From NCBI GenBank assembly GCA_950072105.1, contig CATMOE010000011.1:1-64000 (forward strand): a DNA stretch of 64,000 bases, in the 5' to 3' direction. Each line of letters starts with the position of its first letter. The stretch's first letter is position 1. Shown here in pieces: positions 18,421 to 28,009 of the stretch. The notes beneath the pieces are model-generated. The model did not search any database and had not been told where the DNA came from. It worked only from the letters and a program-made list of their open reading frames with translations. The translations under genes and the position numbers were made by a program. The DNA comes from an uncultured Dehalococcoidia bacterium. GTDB taxonomy: Bacteria; Chloroflexota; Dehalococcoidia; Lucifugimonadales; UBA3495.

Positions 18421-19686
18421 ATGAACGCGGAAATAGTAGCCATAGGTTCGGAACTCCTTTTGGGTCAGATAGTTGACACCAATTCGGCTTGGATGGCGCA
18501 ACGCCTGGCCGCGGTGGGGATGAACCTTTATTACAAAACCATAGTCGGGGACAATCCTGAGCGTATGCTGGAAACGATCACCGCCGCTATGGAACGGTCG
18601 GACGTGGTGATAACCTCCGGCGGTATCGGCCCCACCCAGGACGACTTGACCCGGGAAATCGTGGCCAAAGCATCCTCCCGGGAACTGGTTTCGGACCCGG
18701 AACTGTTGGCCCAGATCGAGGCCAGGTTCCGCCGCCGGGGATTCATAATGACGGAAAACAACGACCGCCAGGCGTACATCCCTGAGGGGTCCATACCGGT
18801 TGAAAATCCCAACGGCACCGCGCCTTCCTTTATCGTGGAAGACCCTAGGGCCGTGGTCATCTGTCTTCCGGGCGTCCCCTTCGAGATGAAGTGGTTGTTC
18901 GACAACGAAGTCATACCCTATCTTCGGGAGAAGTTTGATCTTTCCGAGGCCATCTACTCCCGGGTGCTGAAGGTGGCGGACATGGGCGAGAGCGGGGTGG
19001 ACGACCTAGTGGGGCACCTCATCGCCAACTCCAACAATCCGACAGTGGGCGTACTGGCTCACCCCGGACAGGTTGACGTTCGTATCAGCGCCAAGGCGGC
19101 CAGCGAGGGTGAAGCCGACGCCCTGATAGCTCCATTGGAGAAAGAGGTCAGGTCCTTGCTGGGAGATCACGTGTTCGCCACCGGGGAGCAATCTATGCAG
19201 GACGTCGTCGGCGAGTTGTTGCGCTCCAAAGATTTGACCGTTGCTTCTTTCGAGGGACTTACCGGTGGGCTGGTCGCCCAACATCTGCAAGAAGCCGACG
19301 GGATGCGCTTTCTGCAAGGTACTGTCGGACAGCAGGGATCTACACTACGGGCGGTTTTGGCGGTTAACGGCGAGATCAACGAAAAGGCCGTCTCAGCAAC
19401 GGACCCTGAAACCCTAACCGGACGATTGGCTGCGGCGGTTCGGGCCGGGGCCGGGGCAGACTTGGGGCTGGCGGTCCTGTCATTGCCGGACTCCGGTGCT
19501 CCAACCGGAGGAAGCTCCAGCTCCAACTCGGAAAACCTGAGAGCCGGTAACACCTATATAGCAGTGGCGGACAGCCAGGGCATCAGCCGGCGGGTTTACA
19601 ACTTCGCCGGTCCCGGTTTGCCAGACCGGACCAGGGCCTCCCTGCATGCGCTGGACCTATTGCGCGTCACGATACTGGAGTCGTAG
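18421..19686 (+). CDS. cinA: CinA-family protein with degenerate C-terminal PncC domain
   Basis: AEIVAIGSELLLGQIVDTN, GGIGPTQDDLT, LPGVPFEM. Confidence 0.9.
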   Translation: MNAEIVAIGSELLLGQIVDTNSAWMAQRLAAVGMNLYYKTIVGDNPERMLETITAAMERSDVVITSGGIGPTQDDLTREIVAKASSRELVSDPELLAQIEARFRRRGFIMTENNDRQAYIPEGSIPVENPNGTAPSFIVEDPRAVVICLPGVPFEMKWLFDNEVIPYLREKFDLSEAIYSRVLKVADMGESGVDDLVGHLIANSNNPTVGVLAHPGQVDVRISAKAASEGEADALIAPLEKEVRSLLGDHVFATGEQSMQDVVGELLRSKDLTVASFEGLTGGLVAQHLQEADGMRFLQGTVGQQGSTLRAVLAVNGEINEKAVSATDPETLTGRLAAAVRAGAGADLGLAVLSLPDSGAPTGGSSSSNSENLRAGNTYIAVADSQGISRRVYNFAGPGLPDRTRASLHALDLLRVTILES

Positions 19687-19795
19687 CCTCAGCGCCGGAT
19701 TTACACTCCGCCAACCTGATGCTACTATTACCCGGCGCCGCAAGGCGAAGCTACCGAGGCCGTAATTCGATGCGCCACGGCCTCAAAAAAGGTTC

Positions 19796-21013
19796 ATGAT
19801 GGAATCAAAAACCTACGATGTCGTGGTCATTGGGGGAGGCATAATCGGCCTCTCCACCGCCATGCAGATCAAACTAGAAAAGTACCCCGATTGGCGGGTC
19901 GCCGTGGTGGAGAAAGATTCCGAGATTGCCACACACCAAACCGGCCACAACAGCGGGGTCATCCATTCGGGTATCTATTACCGGCCAGACTCGCAAAAAG
20001 CTCAGTTCTGCGTGGGCGGCGCCAAGTCCCTGCGCCAGTTCTGCGATGAAAACGAGATTGAGTACAATCAGTGCGGCAAAGTGATCGTGGCCGCCAACGA
20101 TGCAGAAGTGGCCCGGTTGCAAACCCTCCACGAGCGGGGAATCGCCAACGGAGTGGAGGGACTGGAGATGGTCGGCCCGGAACGGCTGAAAGAGTTGGAG
20201 CCTCACGTAGCTGGGATCCAGGCGCTATGGGCGCCCACCACCGGCATCGTCGACTATCGCAAGGTTTCCGCGGCCTACGCTGAGAAGTTCCAGCAGGCCG
20301 GAGGCGACATTTTCACCAACTCTCCGGTAACTCGGATAATCCGAACCCAAGACGAATTGGTGCTGGAAACTCCCGGTGGCGCGCTTCACGCCAAGCATCT
20401 TATAAACTGCGCCGGACTGTACGCCGACCGGGTGGCCGAGATGATGGGCGAAGACGTGGACATTCAAATAATTCCCTTCCGAGGCGAGTATTTCACGCTG
20501 CGCCCCGAGAGCCATCACCTGGTAAATGGCTTGGTATACCCGGTACCCGACCCCCGATTCCCTTTCCTGGGCGTCCACTTCACCCGTAACATTCACGGCT
20601 ACGTAGAGGCCGGACCCAATGCCGTACTGGCTTTGAAAAGAGAGGGCTACCGCAAAGCCGACGTCAGCCTCGCGGAGTCTTTTCAGACCTTCACCTACCC
20701 AGGTTTCTGGAAAATGGCCATGAAACACTGGAAAACGGCCCTTGGGGAAATACACCGTTCTTACAGCAAAAAGGTCTTTGTCCGGGACTTACAGGGCCTG
20801 ATCCCCGAGATTCAAGACACCGACCTGGCCCCCGGCGGCGCCGGCGTTCGGGCTCAGGCAGTTTCCCGTAGCGGCGCGTTGCTGGACGATTTCAGCATCA
20901 TTCGGGGCCGGGAAGCGGTCCATGTCTTAAACGCGCCATCACCCGGTGCTACGTCGTCCCTGGCCATCGGCGCCCACATCGTGGAGTTGGCGGCGGAAGC
21001 CTTCGGCGAATAG
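19796..21013 (+). CDS. lhgO: L-2-hydroxyglutarate oxidase family FAD oxidoreductase
   Basis: GGGIIG, HQTGHNSGVIHSGIYY, PFRGEY, FPFLGVHFT, NAPSPGATSSLAI. Confidence 0.9.
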   Translation: MMESKTYDVVVIGGGIIGLSTAMQIKLEKYPDWRVAVVEKDSEIATHQTGHNSGVIHSGIYYRPDSQKAQFCVGGAKSLRQFCDENEIEYNQCGKVIVAANDAEVARLQTLHERGIANGVEGLEMVGPERLKELEPHVAGIQALWAPTTGIVDYRKVSAAYAEKFQQAGGDIFTNSPVTRIIRTQDELVLETPGGALHAKHLINCAGLYADRVAEMMGEDVDIQIIPFRGEYFTLRPESHHLVNGLVYPVPDPRFPFLGVHFTRNIHGYVEAGPNAVLALKREGYRKADVSLAESFQTFTYPGFWKMAMKHWKTALGEIHRSYSKKVFVRDLQGLIPEIQDTDLAPGGAGVRAQAVSRSGALLDDFSIIRGREAVHVLNAPSPGATSSLAIGAHIVELAAEAFGE

Positions 21014-21153
21014 TCCTGAGCAGAACCCGGTATCCATTCATTGACCCGTCTCGCGGCGGAACGGTTCCCTACCCGCATAAACGTTTACTCCATGGTAGAC
21101 CGGTTTCCCAATCGGCAAAAAACAAAAGTGGCCCTAGTGACGGGGCGATAATG

Positions 21154-21182
21154 TTGATGCTAAGGTGCACCCTGGGTATAAT
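21154..21182 (+). promoter_or_regulatory. Sigma70-type promoter of maoC-plsX-fabG
   Basis: TTGATG-N17-TATAAT. Confidence 0.6.
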
Positions 21183-21238
21183 CGACCACTAGAGATTCCC
21201 TGGGGGAATCCACGGCGATTCCGCAAGGGGAGGATGGA

Positions 21239-22087
21239 TTGGCGGTTTCAGCGGGATCCGAACTGGATTTGGGAGTCTGGACGGTCACCGAGGATAAGGT
21301 CCGCCAGTACCTAAATGCGGTTGGGGACGAACAACCAGCCTATTTCGATCTGGCCATGGCGCCGCCGTTAGCCCTATCGGCCTGGTCCTTGGGAGCGCTG
21401 TTGGATCAGTTAGCTCTGCCACCGGGAGCCATCCACAGCCTGCAGGAATTGGAAACCTTCCGGGGGGTTAAGTTCGACGAAGAGATTCACGCCTCCGCTC
21501 AGGTCACTAAACCCCGGCAGCGCGGCAACATGAAATTTCTTTCAGTTGGTTACACGCTAACGGACAGTGGGGGCGAACAAATACAGTGCGGAAAGAGCAC
21601 GGTCTTGGTCGTGGACTCCGTTGAGGAGGAATCTAGCGGGATGGAATCCGCCCAACCTCCCTTTACAAAGGGGGATGATTCTGGAAACGGCGGCGATCAG
21701 TTCGGGTCGATGCCGAGAGTTTCCAGAATGATCTCTCAAGAACGGTTGAACGCCTATGCTCAAGCATCCGGTGACGCCAATCCCTTGCATCTGGACGCCG
21801 GATTCGCGGCCAACACCCCTTTTAGGGGTATCATAGCCCACGGCATGCTGACCTTGGCGTTTATCGGGGAAATGATGATGGCTGAACTGGGGCGGGCCTG
21901 GCTAGAAACCGGGGCTATCAAAGCCAGGTTTAAGGGCGCGGCATACTTGGGGGACGATGTTGAATCCTGGGGCCGAAAGACCGGGGACAATGATTCAAGG
22001 GTGGCGTATTCTGTAGGCCTTTGGAATCCGGCAAACGGCCAGGAGCTTATAATGGGGAGCGCTACGGCTAGAGCGGTCCTTGCCTGA
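21239..22087 (+). CDS. Double hot-dog MaoC-family dehydratase
   Basis: N-terminal hot-dog domain (YLNAVGD, IHSLQE) plus the hydratase motif YAQASGDANPLHLD...IAHGML. Confidence 0.88.
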   Translation: MAVSAGSELDLGVWTVTEDKVRQYLNAVGDEQPAYFDLAMAPPLALSAWSLGALLDQLALPPGAIHSLQELETFRGVKFDEEIHASAQVTKPRQRGNMKFLSVGYTLTDSGGEQIQCGKSTVLVVDSVEEESSGMESAQPPFTKGDDSGNGGDQFGSMPRVSRMISQERLNAYAQASGDANPLHLDAGFAANTPFRGIIAHGMLTLAFIGEMMMAELGRAWLETGAIKARFKGAAYLGDDVESWGRKTGDNDSRVAYSVGLWNPANGQELIMGSATARAVLA

Positions 22088-22173
22088 GACTCGGTACAAC
22101 ATCGCCGCCACTATGATTCAAAATACATGTCCCAAGGGACATATCCAAAGGTCCGTGGATTAAAAGAGGAAAT

Positions 22174-23208
22174 ATGTTCGAAGGTCAGGGAAGGGGAGAT
22201 GTCCTGATCAGGGTGGCCGTCGACACTATGGGTGGCGACTTTGGGCCTCCTGAAACGGTAAAAGGGGCTCTGGAAGGGCTAGACACCCACAACATAGAGT
22301 TGCTTCTAGTGGGCGACCAAAACTTGTTAGAATCGGAACTGGCCCACTACGACATCAAGAACAAACCGGTGAAAGTGGTTGCTTCAGTTGGCAAGATTGG
22401 GGACGACGAACACCCCATTGAGGGACTGCGCCGGAAACCTAAATCCTCTATCGTTGTAGCGACCAAGTTGCTGAAGAGTGGCGATGCCGACCTTCTGGTG
22501 TCGATGGGCTCCACCGGCGCGTCGATGGCCAGCTCGGTCTTCATCCTTGGTTTGATGGACGGACTGGAACGCCCGTGCATCGGCGGCCCCTTCCTCGGCG
22601 TGGCGCCTCGGACGGTGCTCGTGGACATGGGAAGCAACATAGATTGCCGCCCTCCTTTGATGCTGAGCTTCGCCGCTCTCGGCTCGGTCTTCTCTCAAAA
22701 ATTCTTGGGGATAGATAATCCGAGGGTCGGTCTGCTCAGCGTGGGCTCTGAAGCCGCAAAGGGCAACCGCCAGGTACATGAGAGCTATCAGCTACTTCAA
22801 GAAAGCCACCTCAACTTCATCGGCAACGTGGAAGGTATGGACTTCTTCACCGGCCGCGTCGACGTTATTGTCTGCGACGGATTCGTGGGAAATATCCTCA
22901 TGAAATTCACCGAGGGATTGGGAACCGCTCTCTCCCATTACGTGGAGCAGCGTTTGGCGGACCATTTACCCGCCGCCGAGCTTGCCAAAGTCTCCTCAGA
23001 CCTCTGGGAAACCACCAACATGCCGCGGACCATGGGCGGCCCTCTGTTCGGCGTGAACGGAATGGTCATGTTGGGACATGGCTCTTGCCGGGCCAGCGGT
23101 ATCGCAGGCGCGATACACACCGGCGTGCGCTGCGCCCAGATCGGTATGGTTGAAAGTATGAGACAAGAGTTGGCTCAGCTTTCCGGCACCGAAGTCCTGA
23201 AGAATTAG
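22174..23208 (+). CDS. plsX: Phosphate acyltransferase
   Basis: VAVDTMGGDFGP, SMGSTGA, NFIGNVEG, CDGFVGNILMK. Confidence 0.93.
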   Translation: MFEGQGRGDVLIRVAVDTMGGDFGPPETVKGALEGLDTHNIELLLVGDQNLLESELAHYDIKNKPVKVVASVGKIGDDEHPIEGLRRKPKSSIVVATKLLKSGDADLLVSMGSTGASMASSVFILGLMDGLERPCIGGPFLGVAPRTVLVDMGSNIDCRPPLMLSFAALGSVFSQKFLGIDNPRVGLLSVGSEAAKGNRQVHESYQLLQESHLNFIGNVEGMDFFTGRVDVIVCDGFVGNILMKFTEGLGTALSHYVEQRLADHLPAAELAKVSSDLWETTNMPRTMGGPLFGVNGMVMLGHGSCRASGIAGAIHTGVRCAQIGMVESMRQELAQLSGTEVLKN

Positions 23209-23211
23209 TGT

Positions 23212-23964
23212 ATGCCGGGAATTGACTTAAGCGGGTCAGTAGCTCTGGTCACCGGCGCCTCTCGTGGCATCGGAGCAGTGATCGCCCGCCGATTGGCCGA
23301 GGCCGGGGTCAAAGTTGGAGTCAACTACCTCTCAAGCCCGGAATCGGCGGAAGAAGTCGTATCCTCCATCATCAGCGCCGGCGGAGAAGCCTTGCTGGTA
23401 GAAGGGGACGTAGCCCAAGAGGAACCCGCCAAGTCGACCATACAGCAGGTGGTGAGCCATTGGGGACGCATCGATATTCTCGTCAACAACGCCGGCATCA
23501 ACCGTGACCGCCTACTTCTCAGGATGAATACGGACGACTGGGACCAAGTCATCCAGGTCGATCTAAGGGGAGCTTTCCTTTGCACCCGGTTCGTTATGCC
23601 TCATCTGATAAAACAGCGTAGCGGCCGAATCGTAAACATCTCATCCGTGGTGGGCATCAGCGGCAACCCAGGGCAAGCCAACTACGCCGCCGCCAAGGCC
23701 GGTCTGATCGGATTCACTAAATCGGTGGCCCGGGAAGTGGCCTCCCGCAACGTAACGGTCAATGCCCTGGCTCCTGGCTACATAGCCACCGGTATGGTGG
23801 AGAAATTATCGGAGGCCGCCCGGGAGAAGATACTAAGCCGCATCCCCATGGGCCGTTTCGGCGTTGCCGAGGACGTCTCGGAAGCGGTAGTCTTCCTTTG
23901 CAGCAACGGCGCTTCCTACATCACCGGCGAGGTGTTGACTATAGACGGGGGGATGATCGCTTAG
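23212..23964 (+). CDS. fabG: 3-oxoacyl-ACP reductase
   Basis: TGASRGIG, NNAGINRD, GNPGQANYAAAKAG; adjacent to plsX. Confidence 0.9.
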   Translation: MPGIDLSGSVALVTGASRGIGAVIARRLAEAGVKVGVNYLSSPESAEEVVSSIISAGGEALLVEGDVAQEEPAKSTIQQVVSHWGRIDILVNNAGINRDRLLLRMNTDDWDQVIQVDLRGAFLCTRFVMPHLIKQRSGRIVNISSVVGISGNPGQANYAAAKAGLIGFTKSVAREVASRNVTVNALAPGYIATGMVEKLSEAAREKILSRIPMGRFGVAEDVSEAVVFLCSNGASYITGEVLTIDGGMIA

Positions 23965-24121
23965 ACAGCCTGCCCTCTAACTTGCCGGTCAACGCAACAG
24001 AGTGCGCGCCGCCACAATCCTTCCTTGTACTGCCCTAGCCGATGGGCTTAGGCGGGATTGAAGCAAGAAACCCATCCGGCCCGTTATTAAGACGCCGGCC
24101 GGTCCGTTAAAGGAGGCCAAA

Positions 24122-25018
24122 ATGGACACAAGCGAGAATCCAGCCAGCCGTTTGCGCCGATTGCTGCGTGAACCCGGCATTATCGTCGCGCCGGGCGCCT
24201 ACGATTGCCTCACCGCCAGGATCATCCAGCAGGCGGGATTCCCGGCCGTTTACATGACGGGCGCTGGCACCTCCGTCGCCACCCTGGGCTATCCCGATCT
24301 GGGATTAGCTACGATGACGGAAATGGTCTCCAACGCGGCCAGCATCGCCGATACGGTTGACGTGCCGGTTATCGCCGACGCCGACACAGGATACGGCGGC
24401 ATCTTGAACGTGCAGCGAACGGTCCACCAGTACGAAAGGGCTGGGGTAGCGGCCATCCACATTGAGGACCAAGACATCCCCAAGCGGTGCGGACACCTGG
24501 ACGACAAGCGGATCATCTCGACGGCCGACATGGTTCAGAAAGTCCGGGCCGCGGTGGATGCCCGCAGCAACCCAGACTTCGTGATCATCGTCCGCACCGA
24601 CGCTTTGGCGGTCTCCGGTTGGGACGACACCATGCGCCGTTGCGACGCATACGTCGAGGCGGGCGCCGACGTTCTGTTCGTCGAAGCGCTACGGACGCCG
24701 GAAGAAGCGGAGAGGGTCACCAGCAACTTCAACGTTCCGTTGCTGTACAACTTCGTGGAATCCGGCAAATCACCCTTGATTCCCACCGATGAATTGGAGC
24801 GATTGGGTTTCAAGTTGGTCATCTTCCCGGGAAGCGCCTTCATGGTGGTCTGCCAGGCCATCTCAGAGTTGATGAGTGAGCTAAAAAATACGGGAACGAC
24901 GGCATCCATGATGGACCGAATGGCGACCCTTCATCAATGTTTTGAAACGGTGGGTCTTTCCCACATGCTGGCCCAAGACGCCCAATATGCTAGCCTGGAA
25001 TCCGCGACTTCGGGCTAA
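24122..25018 (+). CDS. Isocitrate lyase/PEP mutase family enzyme (PrpB-like)
   Basis: DADTGYG, HIEDQ..PKRCGH, RTDA. Confidence 0.88.
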   Translation: MDTSENPASRLRRLLREPGIIVAPGAYDCLTARIIQQAGFPAVYMTGAGTSVATLGYPDLGLATMTEMVSNAASIADTVDVPVIADADTGYGGILNVQRTVHQYERAGVAAIHIEDQDIPKRCGHLDDKRIISTADMVQKVRAAVDARSNPDFVIIVRTDALAVSGWDDTMRRCDAYVEAGADVLFVEALRTPEEAERVTSNFNVPLLYNFVESGKSPLIPTDELERLGFKLVIFPGSAFMVVCQAISELMSELKNTGTTASMMDRMATLHQCFETVGLSHMLAQDAQYASLESATSG

Positions 25019-25039
25019 CGAGGGAAATATCGAACTTCC

Positions 25040-25669
25040 ATGAGTACTGAATTAGACCTATTCGTCAAAGAGTCCCTTGCCCAAGGGCTGGAACGTAGCG
25101 CGATCCGCGAAGTTCTTCTGCAGGCCGGTTGGCGTGAAGATGAATTGACCATCGCGTTGTCGGCTTACGCGGAGATAGACTTCCCAGTGCCGGTGCCCAG
25201 ACCCAAACCTTACCTGCAGGCCCGGGAAGCATTTTTATACCTGGTTTCCTTTATAGCTCTTTACGTCACCGCCTTCAGTTTAATTACCCTCATCTTCGGC
25301 TTTATCGACAAGACCTTCCCAGACCCTCTTTCCCACGGCGGGGGGTTGGGCGGAATCAGAATGGCCCTGGCATCCATAATCGTCACCTTCCCGGTATACC
25401 TTTTCTTGATGTGGCGGCTCACCAAGGACTCCGCGGTCTATCCGGAACGCCGGCAATCCAGACTGCGCAAGTGGCTCACGTACTTCACGCTGGTCGTCGC
25501 GTCGAGCATCATCACCGGAGACTTAATTACTTTGTTGGCGAAACTCTTGGGAGGGGACCTGTCGACTCCATTCATTCTGAAAGTTTTGACTATACTGTTG
25601 GTTGTAGGCTCCATTTTCGGCTATTACTTATGGGACCTGCGGCAAACGGAGAAGGTCGACCAGCAATGA
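25040..25669 (+). CDS. Hypothetical 4-TM membrane protein (DUF5671-like)
   Basis: Small N-terminal helical domain (LLQAGW), PVPVPRP, RKWLTYFTL, FGYYLWDLR. Confidence 0.7.
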   Translation: MSTELDLFVKESLAQGLERSAIREVLLQAGWREDELTIALSAYAEIDFPVPVPRPKPYLQAREAFLYLVSFIALYVTAFSLITLIFGFIDKTFPDPLSHGGGLGGIRMALASIIVTFPVYLFLMWRLTKDSAVYPERRQSRLRKWLTYFTLVVASSIITGDLITLLAKLLGGDLSTPFILKVLTILLVVGSIFGYYLWDLRQTEKVDQQ

Positions 25670-26139
25670 AATCGCCAGCCCCGCTCAAGGTTTTCATGGC
25701 GTTGGCTATCCTGGCGGTGGTGTCGTCGGTCAGCTATGGCATCTATCTGGTTGGAACGCCCGCTGAACAGCGTACGCTGAAGTTTGACCAAAGAAGGGTG
25801 AACGACCTGACCAGCATCTCATTTGGTATAGACGCCTACTGGGAACAGAACGGCCGGTTGCCCGAGCAACTTACCGACATGCAAGGCCGCCGGTCCTTTA
25901 TTCGGTCGGCGGAAGACCCGGAATCGGGCGAACCCTACGAGTACCGGGTGTTGAGCGAGAAAGTTTACGAATTGTGCGCCGTCTTCAACGCAGATTCAGC
26001 CAGTCAAAAGAGGGAGTTCCCACCCGCGTTCTCGGATAGAGTGTGGGAGCACAGCGCGGGCCGGGTCTGTTTTGGTCTAGAAGCGGAGTCACCAGAAGGG
26101 TTGGAAAGAAAGTTAGAGCCGGTTCCAGCTCGGCCTTGA
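25666..26139 (+). CDS. Hypothetical membrane-anchored protein with a pilin-like segment
   Basis: ATGA overlap with the upstream gene; N-terminal TM helix, DQRRVNDL..I..Y....GRLP..L, DPESGEPYEY, YELCAVF. Confidence 0.7.
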   Translation: MKSPAPLKVFMALAILAVVSSVSYGIYLVGTPAEQRTLKFDQRRVNDLTSISFGIDAYWEQNGRLPEQLTDMQGRRSFIRSAEDPESGEPYEYRVLSEKVYELCAVFNADSASQKREFPPAFSDRVWEHSAGRVCFGLEAESPEGLERKLEPVPARP

Positions 26140-26152
26140 GCAGGGAGACGAT

Positions 26153-26674
26153 ATGGCCAACGTAGTACTGGTTATTGACATGGTTAAGGGATTCCTAGAA
26201 CCTGGCCACAACCTGTACTGCGGCGACGAGGCCAGGGAAATCATCCCAAACGTGCTGGGTCTGTTGCAGCGGGAACAGGCTGCCGGTTCTGAAATCTTAT
26301 TTATCTCAGACCACCACGACCCCGACGATCTGGAGTTCCAAGTATTTCCGGTGCACTGTGTCAAGGGGACCGAGGAGCCGAACGTCATCCCTGAGTTGGA
26401 GTCCTTCGTCACTGCAAACAACGTGGTGCCCAAGAACCGTTATAGCGGCTTTTTCAACACCGACCTAGCCCAAAGACTGGATAGATCCAAACCCGAAAAA
26501 ATCATTATTTGCGGGGTCTGCACCGACATCTGCGTGCTCCACACCACCGCCGACGCCCGGAACCGGGATTACCAGGTGGAGGTACCCACGGACTGCGTCG
26601 CAACTTTCGACCCCGGCGCCCACACGTGGGCTTTGGGACATCTTCAGAAGATTTTGGGGGCGAAGGTGGTGTAA
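26153..26674 (+). CDS. Isochorismatase-family cysteine hydrolase (nicotinamidase-like)
   Basis: VIDM, SDHH, PVHC, KNRYSGF, GVCTDICV (Asp-Lys-Cys triad and metal ligands). Confidence 0.88.
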   Translation: MANVVLVIDMVKGFLEPGHNLYCGDEAREIIPNVLGLLQREQAAGSEILFISDHHDPDDLEFQVFPVHCVKGTEEPNVIPELESFVTANNVVPKNRYSGFFNTDLAQRLDRSKPEKIIICGVCTDICVLHTTADARNRDYQVEVPTDCVATFDPGAHTWALGHLQKILGAKVV

Positions 26675-26678
26675 AATA

Positions 26679-26746
26679 TCCCCTCCCCTCTTGTGGGGGA
26701 GGATTAAGGTGGGGGTATCGCCCTCATCCAAACCTTCCCCGAAAAG
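26679..26746. repeat. Inverted pair of REP-like palindromes between convergent genes
   Basis: CCCTCCCCTCTTGTGGGGGAGGATTAAGGTGGGGG followed by the inverted degenerate copy CCCTCATCCAAACCTTCCCCGAAAAGGGGGAAGGGA. Confidence 0.75.
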
Positions 26747-26782
26747 GGGGAAGGGACATGTTCCCTCCCCTTGAGAACTAAC

Positions 26783-28000
26783 TCACGCGATCGCCCCGGC
26801 AATCACCGCATCTATCATATCCTCTTCGGTCATCCCCAATATCTCTTTTAACACGTACCCATTGTGCTGCCCCAAGATGGGAGCAGGAGTGCGGGGACTG
26901 CTGTCGTAGCCACGGATATTGAACTGGTGGCCGGTGTAAGGGATGTTGCCCATCTCCGGGTGATCCATGTAGTGGTAAAGGTTGCGGTGGGCCAGCTGGG
27001 GGTCTCGGAGCAGGTCGCTGCTCCGCTGCACCACTCCGGCCGGGACTCCGTGGGATTGGAGCAACTCCATCACGTCTTGGGCCGCTTTGGCCTCAGTCCA
27101 CCGCCCAATATGCCCGTCAATCTCGTCATGATTGGCTAACCGGCCCGCAACGTCTTTATAGCGGTCGTGGCCGGCCCACGCCGGGTCGCCCATGGCCCGG
27201 CGCAAATCTTCCCACTGCTGCTCCGTATCCACGGCGATGGCGCACCATTGGTCATCTCCGGCACAAGGATAGGCTCCCTGGGGAGCGGCGGTCTCCGACC
27301 GGTTGCCGTTCCGGGTCACCAGCCTGCCCGAGGCGTTGTAGTCGATGATTTGGGGTGCTAGGAACTGCAACCCCATCTCCATCTGTCCGGCATCGATATA
27401 TTGTCCTTGTCCCGTCCTGCGCCGGTGGTCCAACGCGGCCATGACCAAGGAGGATATGAAGCGAGGAGACACGACGTCGGTGTAGGCGGTCCAGGGACCG
27501 TCAGGAGGCAAGTCCGGCCACCCAGTGATATCGTAATACCCGGCGATAGCTCCTGCGTGGAAACCATAGCCAGCGAAGTGGGAAACCGATCCGGTTTGGC
27601 CCATCAGACAAGTGCTGACCATAACGATTGAGGGGTTCAAGGATCGGGCCTTCTCATAACCCATGCCCAGCGCATCCATCGTGCCGGGCGTAAAACTCTC
27701 AAAATACACGTCGGCCCACTCGATGAGGCGGCAAGCGATGTCCAAGCCCGCCGGGTTTTTAAGGTCCAGGGATAAACCAAGCTTGGACGAGTTAAAGTCT
27801 CCATAGAAATGGGACCGGTTCGGCCCCGGCACTCCATCCTTGAAAGGCCCCGCAACCCGCAAGATGTCGGGACGGCCCTCGGTTTCCACCCGCACCACCG
27901 TGGCACCGTGGTCTCCCAGATATTTGGAGGTGATGGGACCTACCGCCACCCAAGAGAAGTCGGCGACTTTGAGGCCCTCAAAGGGAAGTTGATCAGCCAT
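26783..28000 (-). CDS. CaiB/BaiF family III CoA-transferase (catalytic-type subunit)
   Basis: KVADFSW..VGP, GATVVRVE, ESFTPG, AYTD with the Asp at the catalytic position, APILGQHN. Confidence 0.92.
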   Translation of the reverse strand: MADQLPFEGLKVADFSWVAVGPITSKYLGDHGATVVRVETEGRPDILRVAGPFKDGVPGPNRSHFYGDFNSSKLGLSLDLKNPAGLDIACRLIEWADVYFESFTPGTMDALGMGYEKARSLNPSIVMVSTCLMGQTGSVSHFAGYGFHAGAIAGYYDITGWPDLPPDGPWTAYTDVVSPRFISSLVMAALDHRRRTGQGQYIDAGQMEMGLQFLAPQIIDYNASGRLVTRNGNRSETAAPQGAYPCAGDDQWCAIAVDTEQQWEDLRRAMGDPAWAGHDRYKDVAGRLANHDEIDGHIGRWTEAKAAQDVMELLQSHGVPAGVVQRSSDLLRDPQLAHRNLYHYMDHPEMGNIPYTGHQFNIRGYDSSPRTPAPILGQHNGYVLKEILGMTEEDMIDAVIAGAIA

Positions 28001-28009
28001 GAACTCCTC

